DNA of 64,000 nt, taken from positions 800,001 through 864,000 of the forward strand of contig OZ219872.1 of the NCBI GenBank assembly GCA_964291495.2, given 5' to 3'. Shown here in pieces: positions 18,574 to 27,898 of this stretch. Origin of the DNA: Dehalococcoidia bacterium (GTDB taxonomy: Bacteria; Chloroflexota; Dehalococcoidia; UBA2979). Numbering within the stretch: position 1 is the stretch's first letter; each line of letters starts with the position of its first letter. Position numbers and translations under genes: made by a program. The notes below the pieces were generated by a model. It did no database searches. It had not been told where the DNA came from and saw nothing but the letters and a program-made list of their open reading frames with translations.

Positions 18574-19224
18574 CTAGCCCGAGAGGGCGTCCGCGAAGAA
18601 GTCGCCGGCGATGCGGGTGATGGCGCTCTCGTGGCCCCACCAGAAGTGATCGGCGCCGGGGACGATCTCGACGCTCGCCGAACCGGCAGCGACTTCCGCC
18701 AGCTCGTGCAGGCCCTCCTCGCCGCTGCCGTTGTCGGCGGAGCCGGAAAGCAGCAGCAGCGGGTTGGCGTAGGCCGCGAGGGCGGCCCGGCCCTCGTCCG
18801 CCATCGAGATCGGCAGCGCGATCAGCGCGAGCGCGGGGATCGAGGACGCCGCGGCCGCGGCAGCGACCCCGCTGCCGAACGAGTAGCCTGCGAGGCCGAC
18901 GCGCGACGCGTCGACCTCGTCGAGGCCCGCGGCGTAGGCGAGCACCGCTCGCGCGTCGACGAGCGCCTCGTCGCGGTCGCCGGGCGCGCCGTCGCTGCGG
19001 CCGACGCCGCGGAAGTTGAACATCAGCGCGCCGATGCCGTGTTGGCGCAGCCCGGACGCGACAGCCGCCACTACGTTGTTGTCCATCGACCCGCCGTAGA
19101 GCGGATGCGGGTGGCAGATGACGACCGCCGCGCAGGGATTCGCGGCGTCCGCGCCCTCGGGCAGCTCGAGGACGCCCTCGAGGCTGACGCCCGAGCTATC
19201 GATGGTGATCCGGGTCTGCGGCAT
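18574..19224 (-). CDS. Alpha/beta hydrolase
   Basis: CHPHPLYGGSMDN, FNFRGVG, GYSFG, GADHF. Confidence 0.9.
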   Translation of the reverse strand: MPQTRITIDSSGVSLEGVLELPEGADAANPCAAVVICHPHPLYGGSMDNNVVAAVASGLRQHGIGALMFNFRGVGRSDGAPGDRDEALVDARAVLAYAAGLDEVDASRVGLAGYSFGSGVAAAAAASSIPALALIALPISMADEGRAALAAYANPLLLLSGSADNGSGEEGLHELAEVAAGSASVEIVPGADHFWWGHESAITRIAGDFFADALSG

Positions 19225-19322
19225 CGGCTTGCTCCCAACACAGTTGCGGCCCGCCATCGTGGCGGGCCGCAACGTCCATGCTCATAGCAGGGCCCGCTCG
19301 CGGGCCCGGCTTGTACGCGAGG

Positions 19323-20168
19323 CTAGTCGTCCCAGTCGATGACCTCGCGCTCGATCTGCCAGGCGTCCCAGGAGTCGGCGCCAGCGTTGTAGCGCTCCTG
19401 GATCGCCTTGCGCAGGACCATGTTCTCGTCCGCGTGCGGGTCGATCATGTCCCGGTTGACCTGGTACTCGTTGGCGAACGCCTCCTTGTGCGAGGCGAGG
19501 TCGAGGCCCTTGCCGATCGAGCGCTTGATCGCCTGCAGCGTGTAGCCGGGACGGGACGCGATCAGCGCCGCCCACTTGATCGTCTCCTCGCGGAGCGTGT
19601 CGTCCGGGAAGACGCGGTTGACGAAGCCCCAGTGCAGCGCCTTGCGCGCCGAGATCGGGCGGCCGTCGAGCAGCAGCTCCATCGCGCGAGCCTCACCGAT
19701 CACGCGCGGGATGCGAGAGGTGCCGGCGCCCGCGGCCATCGAGCCCATGATCACCTCGGGCTGGCCGAACGTGGCGGACTCGCCCGCGACCCGCAGGTTG
19801 GCGGTCGAGAACAGCTCGCAGCCGCCGCCCCAGCACTGGCCGTTGTTGACCGCGATCGAGACCATCGGGCCCAGGCGCAGCTCGGCGCCGCAGCGGGCCA
19901 TCCCGCCGAAGTCGCCGGTCGGCTCGCGACCTTCGGAGATGTCGATGCTGTCCTGCAGGGACATGTGGGCGAGGAAGTAGCCGGGCGTGCCGGAGGCGAG
20001 GATCAGCACCTTCGCGCCGGACTCGCGGACCTCGTCCATCGCGTCGGCCATCTTCTTGGCGAGGCCGAGGTACCACATGTTCATCGGCGGGTTATTGATC
20101 TCCACCAGGCCGACGCCCTCGGCCGGGTACTCGATGCTCACGCCTCCTACGTCTGTCGTGTTCGCCAT
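19323..20168 (-). CDS. Enoyl-CoA hydratase/isomerase family
   Basis: GGGCEL, FGQPEV. Confidence 0.9.
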   Translation of the reverse strand: MANTTDVGGVSIEYPAEGVGLVEINNPPMNMWYLGLAKKMADAMDEVRESGAKVLILASGTPGYFLAHMSLQDSIDISEGREPTGDFGGMARCGAELRLGPMVSIAVNNGQCWGGGCELFSTANLRVAGESATFGQPEVIMGSMAAGAGTSRIPRVIGEARAMELLLDGRPISARKALHWGFVNRVFPDDTLREETIKWAALIASRPGYTLQAIKRSIGKGLDLASHKEAFANEYQVNRDMIDPHADENMVLRKAIQERYNAGADSWDAWQIEREVIDWDD

Positions 20169-20276
20169 GGGGATCCTTTCGTCACGCAATTCCGATGCCG
20201 GACGGCGGAAGCATAGCATCGCATTCGCAGCGCCGCCGAAGCCGTCAGGGGCCGCCGCGTGCGGCGGGAGATGCCG

Positions 20277-20720
20277 CTACTCGCGCAGCTTCCACGAGGA
20301 GCTGCTGTGCGTGCCGAGGTTGTACTCACGCTCGTAACGGCGATGCGCGAACAGCCACTCGCCGTCGACCTTGCGAAGATGATCGAAGTAGCGCCCGGCC
20401 AGCCGCAGCGTGCCGTCGTTCATGCCGAAGGCTGCGATGTAGCACTCGACGCGCGCCTCGTCCGGCGCGCCCTCGACGGCCTCGATGGCGAGACTGTTCG
20501 TCCAGTGCCGGTAGTCGTTCCCCGTCACTTCCAGCAGCCGCTCCATGTAGCTCCGGATCGAGTCGCGCCCGCGGAAGGTGAGGTCGCTTCCCATCAGCTC
20601 CAGCACGCCGTCCTCGGTGAACATCGCCGCCGTGCGCTCCGCCTCGCGGCGGTCGTAGGCGAGGTTCTGGCGCGCGAACAGGTCGCGGATCGCCTCGCGG
20701 TCCTCGAGCGTGAGCGTCAT
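20277..20720 (-). CDS. SnoaL/NTF2-family protein
   Basis: EDREAIRDL, FTEDG, RHW, GRYFD, W.F..R pattern. Confidence 0.85.
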   Translation of the reverse strand: MTLTLEDREAIRDLFARQNLAYDRREAERTAAMFTEDGVLELMGSDLTFRGRDSIRSYMERLLEVTGNDYRHWTNSLAIEAVEGAPDEARVECYIAAFGMNDGTLRLAGRYFDHLRKVDGEWLFAHRRYEREYNLGTHSSSSWKLRE

Positions 20721-20734
20721 CGTGGCTGCCTCCG

Positions 20735-21571
20735 CTATCCGCCGCTCGCCAGCTCGTCGGCGATGCGGGCGCCGGCCTCGTAGTCGGCAAACATCCGGTC
20801 GTAGTAGTCGGTGACGTCGGAGAGCCGGTGCGGGTGGGTGATGATGTAGCGCCGGTTCTCGCGCGCCCCGGCCAGCACGCGCGGGGCGACGTCCTCGGGC
20901 TGCATCGGGTTGGGCAGCTTGCCCAGGCTGGGGGCGGCGAACTCGTAGAAGCCGCCGAACTTCTCCGGGCGGTACTCGTTGGAGTTCGTCTGGTTCGTCG
21001 CCATCCCGCCCGGGCACCAGCAGGAGACACCGATGCCCTCCGGCTCCAGCTCGTCGCGCAGCACGTTGGTCATGCCGACCACCGCGTGCTTCGAGGCGGT
21101 GTAGACGCCGTGCTCGTTCGCCCGCGCGACAAGCCCGGACAGCGAGGCGGTGTTCACGATCTGGGCGGGGCCGTCCTGCTCGCGCATGCGCGGGACGAAG
21201 GCGCGGATGCCGTTCAGCACCCCTCGCAGGTTCACCGCGAACGTCCACTCCCAGTCGACCTCGGAGGCGTCGACGGTGGGGCCGCGCACGGAGACGCCGG
21301 CGTGGTTCAGCAGCAGGTTCGCCTCGCCGTACGCGGCGTAGGTGCGCTCGGCGAGCGCGTCCACCGCGTCGCGCTCGGAGACATCGACGCCCATCGCGAA
21401 GGCCTCGGCGCCGAGCGCCCGCGCCTCCCCGGCGACCTGCTCGATGCGTTCGCTGTCGAGGTCGGCGAGGGCGAGGCGCATGCCCTCGCGGGCGCATTCG
21501 AGCGCCAGCGCGCGGCCGACGCCGCGCCCCGCGCCGGTGATCACGGAGACCCGTCCCGCGAGCTGATCCAT
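20735..21571 (-). CDS. SDR family oxidoreductase
   Basis: TGAGRGVG, NTAS, YTASK. Confidence 0.9.
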   Translation of the reverse strand: MDQLAGRVSVITGAGRGVGRALALECAREGMRLALADLDSERIEQVAGEARALGAEAFAMGVDVSERDAVDALAERTYAAYGEANLLLNHAGVSVRGPTVDASEVDWEWTFAVNLRGVLNGIRAFVPRMREQDGPAQIVNTASLSGLVARANEHGVYTASKHAVVGMTNVLRDELEPEGIGVSCWCPGGMATNQTNSNEYRPEKFGGFYEFAAPSLGKLPNPMQPEDVAPRVLAGARENRRYIITHPHRLSDVTDYYDRMFADYEAGARIADELASGG

Positions 21572-21713
21572 CGCCGCCTCCACGCACTCCTCGGCGCCGT
21601 CGCGGGGTGATGATAGCCCGCCGCCGCGCGCCACGCGCGGGGGGAACCCGCGAGCTCTCGCCACAGCGGGTACAATCCCGCCGCAACGCGACGACGGCGC
21701 AAGGGGGCGCGCG

Positions 21714-22490
21714 ATGCCTGACCTGATCTATGAGAAGTTCGACCACTACGCGGTATTCACGATGAACCGCCCGGAGCGGCTCAATGCCCTCGGCGGCAGT
21801 CTGCGCGCCGAGCAGGCCGAGGCGCTGAACGACTTCACCGTCGACCCGGAGATGCGCGTCGGCATCGTGACCGGCGCGGGGCGCGCCTTCAGCGCTGGCA
21901 TGGACCTCAAGGAGGCGGCCGAGCGGGTGTCCGGAGGCCAGAGCGCGGCCGGGACGGCCTTCGACGGCCAGATCATGCCGCACCCCTACGGCTCCAATCC
22001 CAAGCCGTTCATCGCCGCGATCAACGGCCTCGCCGTCGGCGGCGGCCTCGAGACGGCGCTCGGCTGCGACATCCGCATCATGTCGACCGACGCCTACGTG
22101 GGGCTCTACGAGGCGAAGCGCGGGATCATCCCCGGACCGGGCCTGCACCTGCTGCCGCGCCTGATCGGCCTCTCGGGCGCCAGCCAGCTGCTGCTCACCG
22201 CGGAGCGCGTGGACCCGGAGCAGGCGCTGCAGTGGGGCATCGTCACCGAGGTGGTGGAGCCGGACCAGCTGATGCCTCGCGCGATCGAGTTGGCGCAGAT
22301 GATCGCCAGCAACGCGCCGCTCTCCGTGGCGGCGACGAAGGCGCAGATCCAGCACTGGTCGACGGCCGACCTCGCCAACAGCTTCCGGCTGTACCAATGG
22401 ATCTCCGACAAGGTCTTCAGCTCGGAAGACTCGAAGGAGGGCCCCACCGCCTTCGCCGAGAAGCGCACGCCGCACTGGGTGGGCCGCTAG
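21714..22490 (+). CDS. Enoyl-CoA hydratase/isomerase family
   Basis: NRPERLNA, FSAGMDL, GGGLE, AFAEKR. Confidence 0.9.
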   Translation: MPDLIYEKFDHYAVFTMNRPERLNALGGSLRAEQAEALNDFTVDPEMRVGIVTGAGRAFSAGMDLKEAAERVSGGQSAAGTAFDGQIMPHPYGSNPKPFIAAINGLAVGGGLETALGCDIRIMSTDAYVGLYEAKRGIIPGPGLHLLPRLIGLSGASQLLLTAERVDPEQALQWGIVTEVVEPDQLMPRAIELAQMIASNAPLSVAATKAQIQHWSTADLANSFRLYQWISDKVFSSEDSKEGPTAFAEKRTPHWVGR

Positions 22491-22582
22491 CGAACCAACC
22501 AGTTCTGTCCCCTCTCCCCGTGGGAGAGGGTGAGGGTGAGGGCGGGGCCGGCGCACGGTACGCACCTCGAGGACGCGATCCG

Positions 22583-23689
22583 ATGGCGGACGCACAGGCC
22601 GACCCGCTGCGCACCCGGCTCTGCGAGGAGTACGGCTGCGAGATCCCGATCGTCGCCTTCGCGCTGACGAAAGAGGTCGTCGCCGCCGCCAGCAACGCCG
22701 GCGCGATCGGCGTGCTCGGCATCAGCCCGCTCGAGCCCGAGGACGCGCGCGAGCAGATCCGCTGGATCCGCGACCAGGTCGGCGACCGCCCCTTCGGCAT
22801 CGACACGCTGCTCCCCGCCTCGTTCGAGGAGGGCAACCCCGAGGACCTCGAGGCGATGATCCCGGAGGAGCATCGCGATTTCGTCGACCGCCTCCAGCGC
22901 GACAACGAGATCCCCGAGCCGACGAGCCCGGTCAAGGCCGTGCTCGGCGCTGACCTGCTGCAGCGCGTGCGTCGCCAGCTGGACGTGATCTTCGAGGAGC
23001 GCGTGCCGATCTTCGCCTCCGGCCTCGGCAGCCCCGCCGTCGTGCTCGAACGCGGGCACGAGGTCGGCACGATAGTCTGGGGGCTGATCGGCATGCCGCG
23101 CCAGGCGCGCCGCGAGCTGGAGGCGGGCGTCGACCTGCTGATCGCGCAGGGCGGCGACTCCGGCGGCCACAGCGGGCGCATCGGCACCTTCTCGCTCGTC
23201 CCGACGGTGACGAGGATGGCGCGCGAGTACGACACGCCGATCCTCGCCGCCGGCGGCGTGACCAGCGGCGAGCACCTCGCGGCAGCGATCGCGCTCGGCG
23301 CGGCGGGGGTGTGGTGCGGCACGATCTGGCAGAGCACGCACCAGTCGGACGTGCTGCCGCACGTCAAGGAGCGGCTGATCGCCGCGCAGACGGAGGACTC
23401 CGTACAGAGCCGCGCCTCCACCGGCAAGCGCGCCTCGATGCTGCGCTCGAAGTGGACCGAGGCCTGGTCCGCGCCGGGCGCGCCGGACCCGCTGAAGATG
23501 CCGCTGCAGGGGATGCTGGTCGCGAAGATCCAGCAGGCGATCGACGACTGGGAGGTGCGCGACTTCCAGACGGTCGCCGCCGGTCAGGGCGTCGGCCTGA
23601 TCTCCGAGGAGCGCAGCGTCGAGCAGGTGCTCGCGGACCTCATGGACGAGGCCCGCGCCGCCCTCGCGCGCGCCCCGCTACGAGGCTAG
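22583..23689 (+). CDS. Nitronate monooxygenase/FabK-like flavoenzyme
   Basis: IAQGGDSGGHSG, ILAAGG, GAAGVWCGT; paralog of 54587-55699. Confidence 0.85.
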   Translation: MADAQADPLRTRLCEEYGCEIPIVAFALTKEVVAAASNAGAIGVLGISPLEPEDAREQIRWIRDQVGDRPFGIDTLLPASFEEGNPEDLEAMIPEEHRDFVDRLQRDNEIPEPTSPVKAVLGADLLQRVRRQLDVIFEERVPIFASGLGSPAVVLERGHEVGTIVWGLIGMPRQARRELEAGVDLLIAQGGDSGGHSGRIGTFSLVPTVTRMAREYDTPILAAGGVTSGEHLAAAIALGAAGVWCGTIWQSTHQSDVLPHVKERLIAAQTEDSVQSRASTGKRASMLRSKWTEAWSAPGAPDPLKMPLQGMLVAKIQQAIDDWEVRDFQTVAAGQGVGLISEERSVEQVLADLMDEARAALARAPLRG

Positions 23690-24186
23690 CCGGCCTCGCT
23701 CTCCCGCTCCTCCGCCCGGATCCAGCGCACGGCGCGCAGCGCGTCCTCGACCGGCATGCGCCCAATCGAGCCGACCGCATACGAGGCGTGGTAGACCGTG
23801 CGGTCAGGCCGCAGCACCAGCACGGCTGGCTCCGTGTGGCCGCCGTGCGCGCTCGCCGGCTCGGGCGTGCGCATCGCGCCGTAGCGCGCGCCCACCTCGC
23901 CGCCGGGGTCGTGGAGGAAGGTGACGCCCTCGAGGCCGTGGCGCTCCGGTAGCGCCCGCAGCTGCTCGGGGGCGTCGTCGCCGATCACCACCCAGCGCGC
24001 GCCCTGCTCGGCGAAGTCGTCGAGTCGTCCCTGCAGGCCCTGCAGGTAGCGATTGCAGACGCCTCACCACTCGCCGCGGATCCAGCTGAGGACCAGGACG
24101 TCGTCGGGCTGATCGGCCAGCCGCCACTCGCCGCCGTCCAGATCGAGCAGCGTGAACTCCGGCGCGGCCTCGTTCCTTCGCAGCAT
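23686..24186 (-). CDS. AhpC/TSA (peroxiredoxin-like) selenoprotein, Sec at TGA 24064-24066
   Basis: MLRRNEAAPEFTLLDLDG...WIRGEW-TGA-GVCNRYLQ continues in frame to 23686, giving UxxC at the thioredoxin-fold active site. SECIS-like hairpin follows. Confidence 0.85.
24025..24063 (-). promoter_or_regulatory. Putative bacterial SECIS element
   Basis: After UGA: GGCGTCTGCAATCGCTA-CCTGCAG-GGC-CTGCAGG-GACG. The 7-bp stem has a G-starting loop about 25 nt from UGA. Confidence 0.65.
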
Positions 24187-24249
24187 CTCTGCCTCCCTCG
24201 CGTCGACGCGATGTCCCGCCGTAACGATACGCCCCGTTACCATGATCCG

Positions 24250-25443
24250 ATGCGCAGCGCGGTCACGCTGATCGGCATCATGGCGGCGGTCTGCCTGCCC
24301 GCGCTCGCTCTGCGCGCGAGCGGCACGCACCTCGGTACGGTCAGCGACACGCTGCTGTTCGGCCTCGGCATCGTAGCGGCGGCGTTCCTGCTGAGCTGGG
24401 CCGCCGAGGCCGCCCAGGTTGATGTCTCGCAGGGCCTCGCGGTCGCCGCGATTGCCCTGATCGCCGTGCTGCCCGAGTACGCCGTCGACCTCGCCTTCGC
24501 CTGGAAGGCGGGGCAGGACCCCGAGTTCGCGCCCTTCGCGGTCGCGAACATGACCGGGGCGAACCGGCTGCTGATCGGCGTCGGCTGGTCGGCGGTCTTC
24601 CTGATCTTCTGGCTGCGCACGCGCGGGCGCGTGCTGCGATTGACCTCCGCGCACTCCCTCGACGTGATCGCTCTCGGCGCCGCGACGGCCTACTCGTTCA
24701 TCCTGCCGTTCAAGGGATCGATCAGCCTCGTCGACACCGTCGTGATGTTCGCGATCTTCGCCGTCTACGTGTACGGCGTCGCCCGCAATGAGGGCGAGGA
24801 GCACGATCTCGTCGGCCCCGCCTACTGGATCGGCCACCTCCCGAAACGGCAGCGACGCACGCTCAACGCCTGCATCTTCGTCTTCGCGGCGGCCACGATC
24901 CTCGCCGCGGCGGAGCCGTTCGCCGAGGGCCTGATCCACACCGGGACAGAGCTCGGCATCGACGAGTTCCTGCTCGTGCAGTGGCTCGCGCCATTCGCGT
25001 CCGAGGCGCCCGAGTTCCTCGTGGCCGGCATCCTCGCCTTCCGGGGCCGCGCGGTGATGGGCATGGCGGCGCTGCTCTCCTCGAAGGTGAACCAGTGGAC
25101 GCTGCTGCTCGGCGGCCTGCCGGTCGCCTTCTCGATCTCTGGCGAGACGCTGGGCGGGCTACCGCTCGACGGGCGCCAGAGCGAGGAGGTGTTCCTCACG
25201 GCCGCGCAGTCGCTGTTCGCGGTCGCCATCCTCGTCAGTCTCAGCCTCAGCCGCTGGGAGGCGGCCGCGCTGATCGGCCTGTTCTCGATCCAGTTCGTGA
25301 TCCCGATCTCCGAGGTGCGGATCGTGATCGCGATCGTCTACCTCGCGCTCTCTGCCGTGCTGCTCGTGCAGCAGCGCCGTGACATCCTCAAGGCGCTGCG
25401 CGAGACGCGCGCCATCCTCAGACGGCCCGCCGAGGGCTTGTGA
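24250..25443 (+). CDS. Sodium/calcium (CaCA-family) cation exchanger
   Basis: Multi-TM; alpha repeats IAVLPEYAVD..ANMTGAN and ASEAPE..SSKVNQ. Confidence 0.85.
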   Translation: MRSAVTLIGIMAAVCLPALALRASGTHLGTVSDTLLFGLGIVAAAFLLSWAAEAAQVDVSQGLAVAAIALIAVLPEYAVDLAFAWKAGQDPEFAPFAVANMTGANRLLIGVGWSAVFLIFWLRTRGRVLRLTSAHSLDVIALGAATAYSFILPFKGSISLVDTVVMFAIFAVYVYGVARNEGEEHDLVGPAYWIGHLPKRQRRTLNACIFVFAAATILAAAEPFAEGLIHTGTELGIDEFLLVQWLAPFASEAPEFLVAGILAFRGRAVMGMAALLSSKVNQWTLLLGGLPVAFSISGETLGGLPLDGRQSEEVFLTAAQSLFAVAILVSLSLSRWEAAALIGLFSIQFVIPISEVRIVIAIVYLALSAVLLVQQRRDILKALRETRAILRRPAEGL

Positions 25444-25463
25444 ATGCGCGCACGTTCACAATG

Positions 25464-25492
25464 TTGCAAGGGCTTACGCGGCCTTGCATGAT
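25464..25492 (+). promoter_or_regulatory. Sigma70-like promoter
   Basis: TTGCAA-N17-CATGAT, overlapped by inverted repeat TGCAAGG...CCTTGCA. Confidence 0.55.
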
Positions 25493-25497
25493 GGTGT

Positions 25498-25740
25498 TGT
25501 AGACAGGGACGGAGGAAGGGAGACCCGATGACCGATTGGGTCGGAACTCTCCTCAGAAGCGCCGAGCGCGCGTAAGCCGTAAGGAGCAGACCCTTGGGCA
25601 GAGCAGCTTCGCACTAGGACCGGGTGGTCCCATCCCGAGGCGGAGAGCCCCAGCGCCCCGCCCACGGCTAGAGCCGGCACGGGGACCATCCCGACATCCC
25701 AGGCAAACGACATGAATCGGGCCTCCTGAGGAGGCCCGAT
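25498..25740 (+). ncRNA. Candidate structured ncRNA or small-peptide transcript
   Basis: Lies between convergent genes with its own promoter and terminal hairpin, internal stems and no long ORF. Confidence 0.4.
25716..25740. terminator. Perfect 11-bp hairpin between convergent units
   Basis: ATCGGGCCTCC-TGA-GGAGGCCCGAT; no clear U-tract. Confidence 0.6.
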
Positions 25741-25766
25741 GTGCGTCCGGCGCAGGTTCAATCGCG

Positions 25767-26642
25767 CTACGACTGGCGCGCCGGGCGCGGCTCCGAGGCG
25801 GCCTCCGCCTCGACCTCGGCGCTCCGTTCGCGGCCAAGCAGCGCAGCGAGCGGCGAACGGCCCACGCCGATCTCGCGCCGCTCGAAGGCCACGAGGGCCA
25901 GCGCGACGCAGGCGACCGCCGCAGCGAGCAGCAGCGCCTGGTGCTGCCAGAGCGGACCGTCGGTGAGCACGCGCTGCGCGTCCGAGTAGTAGTACGGGCT
26001 GAAGAAGCGCAGCCACGACAGCGAGTCGGCGAGGCCGGCGATGATGTTCAGCACGTAGCTCGCAACCGCCCCGACGATCATCAGCCCTGCCGCCCGGCCG
26101 CGCGTCGGCGTCAGCGTCGCCGCGAGCACCGTCGCGGCGATCACGGACCAGGCGAACGGCAGCAGCACGAACGACGCGATCGCAAGCTCGCCCCCCGTCA
26201 CCTCACCCTTGAGGTCGACCAGCGGCGCGCTCAGCAGGAAGCCGACGCCGGCGATCGCGAGGATCGCGACGGCGGCGATCGCGGCGCCCGCGAGCTTGCC
26301 GAGGAACAGCCCGCGCCGCGAGAGCGGCTGCGAGAGCAGCACCTCGAGCGTCCCCCTGCCTTCCTCGGCCGCCAGCAGCGCGCCGCCGACGATGATCGAG
26401 AAGACCGTCAGCAGAATCGGCGCCCAGGTGAAGAACTCGAGCTGCAGGAACTGGCGGGGGTCCGACACGTCTTCGATCTCGCCGAACCCGAGGTTCTCGA
26501 GCTCGATGCCTTCGAACTGCTCGGCGATGGTGGGGAAGAGCAGCACCAAGATCGCAGCGAGGACGGCGAGGCCGAGCCCCCAGCCGACGATGTGCCAGCG
26601 AAGATCGCGCAGCGTCTTGCGCAGGATCGTCCGGTCAGGCAT
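25767..26642 (-). CDS. ABC-2 type transporter permease
   Basis: EEGRGTLEVLLSQPLSR motif, multiple TM helices, SPYYY. Confidence 0.9.
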   Translation of the reverse strand: MPDRTILRKTLRDLRWHIVGWGLGLAVLAAILVLLFPTIAEQFEGIELENLGFGEIEDVSDPRQFLQLEFFTWAPILLTVFSIIVGGALLAAEEGRGTLEVLLSQPLSRRGLFLGKLAGAAIAAVAILAIAGVGFLLSAPLVDLKGEVTGGELAIASFVLLPFAWSVIAATVLAATLTPTRGRAAGLMIVGAVASYVLNIIAGLADSLSWLRFFSPYYYSDAQRVLTDGPLWQHQALLLAAAVACVALALVAFERREIGVGRSPLAALLGRERSAEVEAEAASEPRPARQS

Positions 26643-27537
26643 GCACGGGCTCCTCGTAGTAGGAGAGGAACAGTTCCTCGAGCGTGATCTCGTGCGTCTC
26701 GAGGGTCAGCACGCGCTGCCCGGCCAGCGCCCGGATCAGCGCGTGCATCTCGTCGTGCGTCTCGAAGACGCCGTCGCAGCCCTCGAGCGAGACGACGCGC
26801 ACGCCCTCCAGCCCCTCGAAGGCCGCGGGCGGCGGCGGCTCGGCGAAAGCAACGGTCACGCGCCGCGGCGCGAGGCGGCGCTGCTCCGCGAGGTCGCTGA
26901 CGGCGACGATGCGGCCCGCACGCAGCATCGCCACGCGGCGCGCGAGCTGCTCGACCTCGGCGAGCACGTGCGAGGAGAAGAAGACGCTGCGTCCGTCGGC
27001 GACGACCTCGCCGAGGATCGCCTCGACCTCCTCCTGCATCAGCGGATCGAGGCCATTCGTCGGCTCGTCGAGCACGACGAGCTCCGGCTTCGCCATTAGC
27101 GCGATCACGAGGCCGACCTTCTGCCGGTTGCCGCGCGACAGCGCCCCGATGCGCCGGTCCTGATCGAGTCGCAGCCGCTCGATCAGCTCTGCGCGGTAGC
27201 GCGCGTCGACGCCCCCGCGCAGCGCGGCGACGAGGTCGAGGCAGGCGTCGACGCTAAGCGAGTTGTAGAGCTCGAGGTCGCCGGGCAGGTAGCCGCAGCG
27301 GCGGCGCACCTCGATGGTGTCGCGCTGGGCGTCGAAGCCGAGCACCTCGGCGCCGCCGGCCGTGGGGCGAATCAGGTCCATGAGGATGCGAATCGCGGTG
27401 GTCTTGCCCGCGCCGTTGGGTCCGAGGAAGCCGAACACCTCGCCGCGCGGCACGGTCAGGTCGATGCCGTCGAGCGCGCGCACGTCCCCGTACGTCTTGA
27501 CGAGGCCCTCGAAGCGAATGGCCGCGCCGTCCGTCAT
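26635..27537 (-). CDS. ABC transporter ATP-binding protein
   Basis: GPNGAGKTT, LSRGNRQK, LDEPT, SSH. Confidence 0.93.
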   Translation of the reverse strand: MTDGAAIRFEGLVKTYGDVRALDGIDLTVPRGEVFGFLGPNGAGKTTAIRILMDLIRPTAGGAEVLGFDAQRDTIEVRRRCGYLPGDLELYNSLSVDACLDLVAALRGGVDARYRAELIERLRLDQDRRIGALSRGNRQKVGLVIALMAKPELVVLDEPTNGLDPLMQEEVEAILGEVVADGRSVFFSSHVLAEVEQLARRVAMLRAGRIVAVSDLAEQRRLAPRRVTVAFAEPPPPAAFEGLEGVRVVSLEGCDGVFETHDEMHALIRALAGQRVLTLETHEITLEELFLSYYEEPVHA

Positions 27538-27625
27538 CGCTCGTCCCGCCGCCGCACCTTCCAGCGTAGCGGACGAGGGCGCTACCCACGCGCTCCCCCC
27601 GCCTGGGTGCGGGGCGATGGAGGCG

Positions 27626-27789
27626 CCGTCCGGCCCCCTCCCCCCTGGCGGGGGAGGGCGGGGGTGAGGGGGAGCCGCGCGCCGGCGCGGCCTACGAGGG
27701 CGCAACAACCCACCGAGGTCGCAGCTCCGCCGGCGCGCCTGGATTCCGGCTTTCGCCGGAATGACGGGAAGCGAGGCCGGCATGACGGA
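27626..27789. repeat. About 165-bp composite repeat, inverted relative to 29236-29398
   Basis: Reverse complement aligns nearly end to end with the 29236-29398 unit. Confidence 0.85.
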
Positions 27790-27898
27790 AGGGGGAGGCC
27801 GGGAGTGACGGGAGGAGGAGTCGGGAGCGAGTGGGCTACAGCGACGGCGCGCGCCATGCGATGCTGCGCGGGCGCCCGACAGCGACGAGGAGCGGCGA

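Noticed and set aside
23686-24186. Pseudogene call for the split peroxiredoxin-like gene
   Set aside because: The single TGA is at the catalytic Cys position with a SECIS-like hairpin, so selenocysteine is the better explanation.
25498-25740. Riboswitch, RNase P, tmRNA or SRP identity for the orphan unit
   Set aside because: No downstream sense gene for a riboswitch, and no RNase P, tmRNA or SRP hallmark sequences recognisable.
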